Assembly: GCA_013239625.1 (NCBI GenBank)
Contig: MU053504.1
Span: 1,800,001-1,864,000, forward strand
Length of the DNA stretch: 64,000 bases
DNA from: Lama guanicoe
Taxonomy: Eukaryota
Direction of reading: 5' to 3'
The position numbers were made by a program, and so were the translations under genes. Below the pieces are notes generated by a model. It saw only the letters and a program-made list of their open reading frames with translations, searched no databases and was not told where the DNA came from. Positions 55,701 through 64,000 of this stretch are shown piece after piece; within the stretch, counting starts at the first letter, position 1, and the number at the start of each line of letters is the position of its first letter.

Positions 55701-57507
55701 CTACATTCTTGACTGTTCTGAGTTGTTGATCTCTTAATTTCAAATGCATTTTACCAATCTTGTATTTGTACTCTCCTCCTCTTATGATTACTGTTTTTGA
55801 TATATTTTACATCTAATTATTTTGTGCATCCTTTACCTGCTTGTGTTATAAATGATTTTACTACTTTTGTCTTTCAGTCTTCCTAGTAGCCTTTTGTTTG
55901 GATGATTTCTTACCTTCATAATTTTCATGTTTCCAGTTGTGGCCTTTTCTTTTTGAGAAGTTCCTGTAACATTTCTTGTCAAGCTGGTTTGGTGGCACTG
56001 AATTATTTTAGCTTTTGCTTGTCTGTAAAGCTTTCGATCTCTGCATCAAATCTGAATGAAAGCATTGCTGGGTAGGGTATTCTTGGTCATAGGCTTTTTC
56101 CTTTCATCACTTTAAATATATTGCAGCTGCAGAATTTCTGCTGAAACGGCAGCTGATAGCCTTAGGAGAGTCCCCTTGTATGTTATTTGTTGCCTTTGCT
56201 TTGCTACTTTTAATACTGTCTTTAATTTTTGCCATTTAAATTACAATGTGTCTTGGTGTGCTCCTCTTGGGGTTAATCCTCTATGGGACTCTCTGTGCCT
56301 CCTGGATTTGGATGACTTTTTCCTTTCCCAGGTTAGGGAAGTTTCCAGCTATTATGTCTTCAAATATTTTCTCAGGCCTTTTCTCTATTTTCCTTCTGGG
56401 ACCACTATAATGCAAATATTAGTGCACTTGATGTTGTCCCAAAGGTCTCTTAAACTGTTCTCATTTATTTTCAATCTTTTTTTTCCATTAAACATCAGCG
56501 ATTTCCACTACTCTGTCTTCACAGGCTGCAAGATTGTAGTTTTCTTACGTCTGGTATCTGCCGCCTGGTGGGTGAGGCTGGTCCTAGAGGCTAGAGTGGG
56601 CTTCCTGAAAGGCAGGCTGGGACCCAGGGGATTCTAGGGCTGGTGCCTGCCCGCTGGTGAATGGAGTTGGGTCCTGTGCTCTCTGGTGGGCAGGACCATG
56701 ACTAGAGGTGGCTGTGGGCTCAGGAGGTCTTTAGGCAGCCTGTCCACTGATAGATGGGGCTGTTTCCCTGCCCAGTTAGTTGCTTGGCCTGAGGGTCCCA
56801 GCACTGGCACCTATAGGCTGTTAGGTGGGCTCAGGTCTTGGTATTAATGAGCTAGAGAGAGGATTCCACAAAGGCACCCACCAGCACCAATGTCTACATG
56901 GTAGAATGAGCACCCAAGAAGGGCTGCTACCAGTGTCTGTGCCCTCAGAGTGAGGTACAGTTGCCTCCTGCCTCTTTGAGAGACTCTCAAAAACCAACAG
57001 GTAAGTCTGGCCAGGCTCCTATCAAATTACCATTCTTTCCCTGGGTCTGAGTGCATGTCAGATTTCTGCATGTGCCCTTTAAGAGTAAAGTTTCCATTTT
57101 CCCTAAACCTGCAGGACTCTAGAAATTAAACCCCACTCACCTTCAAAGCCAAATGCTCTGGGGGATCATCATCTTAATGTAGGACCCCCACCTCCCCCTC
57201 TACGAACAGAGGAGCCAGACATGGGGCTTAGAACTCTCACTCCTGTGGGAGAAACTCTGCAAGGTAATTATTCTCCTGTTTGTGGGTCACCCACCTGGGG
57301 GTGTGAGACTTGACTATATCGTGAGTCTGGCCCTCCTACCCATCTCGTTGTCATTCCTTCTTTATGTCTCTAGTTGTAGAAGATCTCTTCTGATAGGTTC
57401 TGCTCTTTTTCATTGATGGCTGTTCTGCAAACATTTGTGATTTTGGTGTGCTCAGGAGAGCAGGTGAGCTCAGGGTCTTTCCACTCTACCATCTTGGCCA
57501 ATCTCCC
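52707..57507 (-). mobile_element. LINE-1, full-span (5'UTR to 3' tail) but internally deleted and decayed
   Basis: 5' start gggagattggccaagatggtagag; ORF1 remnant ~55720-56520; ORF2 peptides [62 protein letters not shown] tgacttctattt (52695-52706) / tgatttctattt (57508-57519). Confidence 0.93.
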
Positions 57508-58744
57508 TGATTTCTATTTTTAAATGCAAATTTTAATTCTACTAATGAAGTTTGAGACTTATTACAATATTTCCTTATATGTCATCCATCTCCCTTTTAA
57601 ATTCTGCTTACTTTATCTCACTTCTCTTTTTACAAACTCCATTCTTAGAAAGTATAAAAGATTTTTTTCCCTCAATTTTTATTTTATTTCCTGGAGAAAA
57701 ATCTTTTTTAAAAACATACTGATCTATTCTTGCATCTAATATGCTATGGTCTCTTTCTTGCCTTCTATTGAATTTTTTCGTTAAGTCTTATTCCACCTTT
57801 CAATACAAAAATCTTATGTTTTCCATAAAAAGGTGAATGAATGCTCACTCTACGGTTATTCTCTTTATTCAGAAGTTCGCTTTTAGAATCCTCCCCTTGG
57901 GGAGTTGGTTGATGTAAATGTATGTAACCAGGTCACATAGTTCTAGCAGCTGGAGAGTAAGGAGGAAGTCAGAGGCAGGGAAAGCCCTAGCAGAGGAACT
58001 TCCCTGTACTGCTTTCAGGAAGAAAGAGTTCTCTATATTCCTAACTCAGTTTGGCCTGGCCTAAATACCAAGTAAATCCAATGTGAGTCTGGCTTCCTTT
58101 CTCATGCTGGCACCTACCATAGCAAAGACAAAACATCCTCTGAGTAATAACTTTCTTCTGGTTATGGGCATGCAACAGAAGAGAAGTTTAAAAAATTATC
58201 TTATAAGTGTTTGCAGTTCTCTTCTTAAGCTTTCAGAGGAGGCAAGAACTCTTCTGTCTCAGGTAGTTATCAGGCCTTCAATACGTGAATCAGAGAAGAA
58301 GAGAGTATAATGGCAGAGCTGACCAGTAAGCCAAATTGCTCCATACCGTAAAGGACCAGGAAGGATGGGATAAGGAAGAGAACTGAAGTTGGGGGGAGAG
58401 AGATGGAGATAAAAGGTATCTGAGAGAATGAAAATTAGCAGCTACAGAGAAGGGCAGGATCTGAAGAAAGGGATCTTAAGAGAAGACTTATAGTAATAAC
58501 TTGTACCATATGTTGTGTGATGTTTTCTCCTCACTGCCAACACCACCCCCTAAAAACACCACCCTGTAGTAAAAATCTACATTAACTTAATAAAGGTTTT
58601 TTTTTTTTTTGGAAGGGGGTTTTGTTTCTTTGGGATTTGACTTCATGGTATGATGCACCTTAAGGCAGGAGCCAGAGGCCTGCCCCATTTGGGCTGCAGC
58701 AATTGTGCGCCTCCTAGTACAGTGCTTTCCAGCGCTAATCTAGT

Positions 58745-59100
58745 GGCAGCCCAGGGGTTAGGAGCACAGGCTTTGCTTTCTTTTTTTTTTTTTGCGGGGG
58801 TGGGGGGTTGAGGGGATGATTTGATTGATTGATTTACTAGATAATGGACCTAGGACCTTATGATGCTAAGCATGCACTCTACCAGGCTTTGAAGCCAGAC
58901 TTTCTAGACAAAGTCCCAGCCCTGCTACTCACTGGCTACCAGCTCTGTGACTCTGAGAAATTTATTAACCTTTCTGTAAAACAGGAGCGGTAACAGTACC
59001 TACCTCAGAGGGTTACTGTGTTAATTAAAGTAAATCCACACAAAATGCTTACAACAGTGTCTGGCATGTAGGAGTCACTGTAAATGCCTAGTTTATACAA
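58745..59100 (+). mobile_element. MIR SINE (interrupted by a younger SINE)
   Basis: gttaggagcacaggctttg|aagccagac..tgtgactctgag..taacagtacctacctcagagggtt..acagtgtctggca. Confidence 0.75.
58776..58882 (-). mobile_element. Truncated camelid-type SINE inserted into a MIR
   Basis: T-tract, aggacctt..atgctaagcatgcactctacc; 9-bp TSD caggctttg at 58767-58775 and 58883-58891. Confidence 0.8.
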
Positions 59101-60121
59101 TTAATTAAAAATAATTATTATCATTATCACTAAAAATTTTAAGCTTCCTCTCTACCTTGCACGGCCTGCCTCCATTTAAGCTCTTATTCTTCTAAATTAC
59201 AGAGCATTATTGCTGATTATCAGGGGCAGCTCCCACAGTCTTGCTGAACTTCTGCTACTTGTAGTCAATGTGAGAAAACTGGTTTTGAAGCAGGAAAAGT
59301 GGAGGTGAACTTGCGGGCTTCTCTTCATCCATGTAGCCCAAGCTCCTTTACATTACAGAGTGTGCCAGATAAGCCTCCCTTCATTTCTTGGGACACTGCT
59401 AGTTCTCAGAAGGACGGGTAGGAATGAGCCCTGGGCCTTGCTTCCAAAGGTGCCACTTACTCTATCCCTAACAGTATGCCCCCATTTCTAGCATGTCAAT
59501 GCTTCTTCTCTCTGGTTCCCTGGGCTGGAGGCAGGTCATCTCAGTGGGGGTCCTATGGAGGCACACAGATACCAGGTCATCCTCCCTAATGTGTACCCTG
59601 GATGATCCCCTCTCCCAGTCTCATTCATTAATTTACTCAACAAATATTATTGGTCATTTTCTAGATGCAAAGAATTCTGAAATAAAAGATACTGTTCTTA
59701 CCACAAAAGCTAACCCTTTCACTCCTCTAGGACACAGTACTTATACAAAATTCTGCACTGTCTCTTTCACTGCTCTTGAATAATTAAATTACATGAATTT
59801 CTGAGACATAAACAACAACAAGAAGACTGTTTTTGTCTCTAAGAACTTCCAGTCCAGACACCAGGGGTGGATGCGTGAGTGGGTGTGTGTGACAAATGTG
59901 TGTGACATAGTACAATAAAAATTAAAAGAAGAGTCAGCCTACGGTGCTGCAGTGAACTCAGAATGAGGAAAGGAGAGGAAGGAGGACAGAGAGGAACTCC
60001 AAGAATAAAGGACACAGGAGCTCAGTTTGGAGACAAGCTTAAACAGCAACTATTTCCCATTTCAAGTCTGTTAACTTGCTCCATGCCCTTTGGAGGTCGC
60101 TGCCAGCTTTTCAGAGTGTTA

Positions 60122-60337
<216 letters not shown>

Positions 60338-61184
60338 TCAAATACCGTCCTGGACACAGCAGTCTAAACCTGATCTAACGTGGCCAGACAGCATCATTTC
60401 TCACGAGTTCACCACAGTCTCAACCAGCAAAATAAAACTGAAACAGATAAACTGGTTAGATATTAACATCAGAAACACAAAAATGAAAGCCAAAGAAAAC
60501 AAACCATAATAAACAAGTTACAAACATTCAGATTTCTCTATGGTATATCTTCAGATTCTGGTTTCTTAAGTAAATAATTAACTAAGTAAATGAATAAATA
60601 GTGGCCTATTATATCTGACTTGTATCACTTAGTGGATATAATTATTAACAGATCCAAACTTGGCTCCTCTTCCTTAAGAACATAGCTAACCAAGTCCCTC
60701 AAGGGAAAATTACCAAATCAAAGTTTTTCCTTTCTTAACAACAAAAGCTTCAAAGTACAAGGTTTGTTTCTTTTTTAAATAAGATATAAGCACTGCTAAA
60801 CTTGTTAATTTTTTCCCTGCATTTTTATACATTATTTTTGAGCCTCACTGACAGAATATTTTTAACAGCTACCCAAACTACTATTTCTCATTAGCAAGAG
60901 GCCCCACATCTACACTCTCTGTATAAGCTGGTGCAGAACAGACAGCAGCTGTGGCTAACCCCGCATCAGTTCTTCTGTCTGACCGCTGGTAGCCTGCAGT
61001 GTTGCTGCAGAATCTGTAGCTGTAGTTAGCAACACGAGCTTACATAGGAAAGTTCCCAAATTTCATTCTGCTTGATTCTCTTCTGACTTTAGCAAAAATA
61101 GATCAACGGGCTTCCCAGCTGAATGCCTCCACTGAAGGGAGAAGGAAGGACATTCGATTCACATACCATCCAAGCAAGGCTCTA

Positions 61185-61298
<114 letters not shown>

Positions 61299-61964
61299 CT
61301 AAAGAAGGAAATGGAAAGGAAAACAGGCTATCGTGAACAACATACGAAGTCCCATATTTTCTCTGTATTTTTATCAGTGGTCCCAAAATGTCCCAAGAGG
61401 GTGTTTTTAAAGCCAATGTTTTGTTTGCCGGTCAGAAACACTTGTCATTCCCTTCCTTATACCACACCCAGAAATAAGCTCAAAATGGATCAGAGACCTA
61501 AATGCAAGAGAGAAATTTGTCCTCAAAAATCCCCCAAATGCTTGTATGGAAAGAAAGGTTCTTGAGCCACACTGGATCATAATTTTCATGAAATCCTAAA
61601 TCTTAAGTCCCAATTTGATTTCCAGCCAAACCCTTGAAAAGGGTCCAAAGGGAAACAGAAACAAATAGCAAGAAATCCAAACACGGAAATGTCACAGAGC
61701 TTATTAAGTTCTCCTGGGGCAGTTCCTAGGCCTGAGAGCAAGGATCCAGTCGTGATGAAGAAGCAGGGCAGAAAGGTAGGTTTACAAGCCTGCTCTTAGG
61801 TTCCAATTTGAAGAGTTCTTTTTGTCTCCCTTAGGCATGCAATTTATCTATAAGTTAGCCTCATAATGAAATATGAAAAGTTTCACTAAAACAAATAAGC
61901 TTTTTTGTGTAACCACATTTTGCAATTTAATTTTTTTAAGATCTGGCCTCCTGTTTCAGATCTA

Positions 61965-62231
<267 letters not shown>

Positions 62232-63688
62232 TCAGAAACAACGTAACAAAACTCTAAACTGAAAATGCTTTAATCAGGCAACATGCTTCAAAGTGACTAG
62301 AATATCCAAGTGTGGACAGCAAGGATTTCCTTGTCCTCATGTAATGCTTCCACCACCGCAGCCTTCTGGTTATGGCAATGCAGGCACTGGGTAAGTCAAA
62401 AGAACAGCCTTCAGGGTGTTTTGCAAAGTTCAACAGAGTAAAATCTGTTGTACCAAACTCAGCTATGTAACACTGTGGAGATAAATAGCAAAGGAAACTC
62501 CACAGTCAAAAGCCACTGAGGCAGGAAAACAGCACCAAACATGGACAGTGACTGATTCCCCTGCAGACATCAGTGTCTAGAGCTCTTGGCTTACGGCTTT
62601 TCTGGCTCAAGGCAACTGGGGGCCAGAGGGCATCACCTGTCAGTGCCTGTCAGGACATCCCTTTCCTCGCAACCTGGGAAGGGTTACTCTGTATACAAGG
62701 GAGAACTCTGTACACAGGAAAGACTGGGAGGAAGGAAGTAGAAGCAAGTGGGCAGGCTTCTATAAATAGATCAGCAGCTCACAGATTTAAGGAGGAACCA
62801 TCAATCCATCAATGCTGGTGGGTCAAATAAATAAAGCAATCCCAAGGGTGCAAATAAAACCAGGCAAACTAACAAAAGAGCCATGGACTGAAGCAGGAAT
62901 AGTAAAACAGTTTGAACACGGAGAAAGAAAGCAGTCACACTTTCAGATGGAAAGCAGAGGCTCCACTTTACGGCTCCTCAGAAACTAGAGCCATCAGGTC
63001 TCTTTCTAACAAGATAAAACAGTAGGGAATGGGCTGGAGAGGTGCCCAGAGGTGAGAGAGGAGCAAGGAGGGGCAGGGATCACTGAGACAGGAGGCAATG
63101 AAAACACAGTACACAGTGCAACAGACCATAATCTACAAAAACATAAGCCCGGTGAATATGGATCTCAGCTGACTGCACAGCTGGGTGGCCTCATGAAATA
63201 AAGCTCCATGATGGTGGCCTTTTTAAGCCACTCTGGGCTCCACACCTGGAGCTCCACAGACTCAACGTGTTCTAGGGAACACAGGATGGAGCAGCCTCTT
63301 CATGCTGACTGAGAGATAGGAAAGGGCCCCCTCTCATCCTACTGGGAGCCCTGCCCTCAATCACTTGCAGACCATCTGCTCAACAGTGAGAATGTGAAGT
63401 CCCTAAGGGCTTCCTGTGTAGCATGTACTCTACACTAATGTGTAATATCCTGCAAAGAATTAGGATCCAGTAAAAGAAATGATGCAACAGCTACAAAACC
63501 TAATTAAGCATTCTCAGGATCACATAGGACTGATGTTATTACTGTCAGGTAAAAGAAGAAAGCACAAGAGAATTGGATGAACATGAAAATTGTTTTAAAA
63601 GTTTCTTTTAAAAATAAATCCTTCATGTTAGTTTCTTTTCCTCTCATATAATTAGAGATCGAAACGCAGAAGCATAGATCTGGTAATC

Positions 63689-63880
63689 TCAGTTTTCAAC
63701 CTCAGCACTACTGACAGTTTAGACCAGATCACTCTTTGTTGTGGGGAGCTGTCCTGTGTATTCACTGTAGGATGTTTAATAGCATACCTGGCTTTTACTC
63801 ACTCTACCCAGTTGTGACAATAAAAAATGTCTTCAGATATTGGCAAATGTCCGTGGGGGATAAAACTCCACAGAATGATT
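63689..63880 (+). mobile_element. MER20-like DNA transposon
   Basis: tcaacctcagcactactgaca..gtaggatgtttaatagcat..gttgtgacaataaaaaatgtcttcagatattggcaaatgtcc. Confidence 0.8.
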
Positions 63881-64000
63881 ATTTCAGCATCAGCTGTTTC
63901 CTTTCATGCGTGCCCCAGCTGCTTCACAAGAGCTGTCTCTTGTCCATTTTGATTTGTCTATTCCTGTGTCTTCTGACCCATCTGGCAGGCAAGTTATGAT

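Noticed and set aside
52942..56637. Cluster of ORFs with reverse transcriptase-like peptides
   Set aside because: Frameshifted and stop-ridden L1 ORF2 pieces and their antisense frames; not an active or domesticated gene

Overview
Mammalian genomic DNA, most likely a camelid (alpaca/camel), judged from tRNA-derived Vic-1-like SINEs and cetartiodactyl-type L1 ends. The whole window lies inside one minus-strand gene that I recognise as DNAAF9 (C20orf194, vertebrate orthologue of Tetrahymena Shulin, an outer dynein arm assembly factor). I located 25 consecutive GT-AG coding exons from 62137 down to 1653. They total 2329 nt (2 nt + 775 codons + 2 nt) with every intron phase consistent and no internal stop; start and stop codons lie outside the window. 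Introns hold ordinary repeats: L1 fragments (including a 4.8 kb full-span but internally deleted L1 with TSDs), L2, MIR, MLT1 LTRs, an ERV-type solo LTR, MER20/MER58/Tigger-type DNA elements and SINEs. I see no evidence for a novel biological system; the findings are modest splice-site, protein-motif and transposon-structure observations. Gene and repeat family names come from recall and pattern recognition, not database searches, and repeat boundaries are approximate unless a TSD is quoted.
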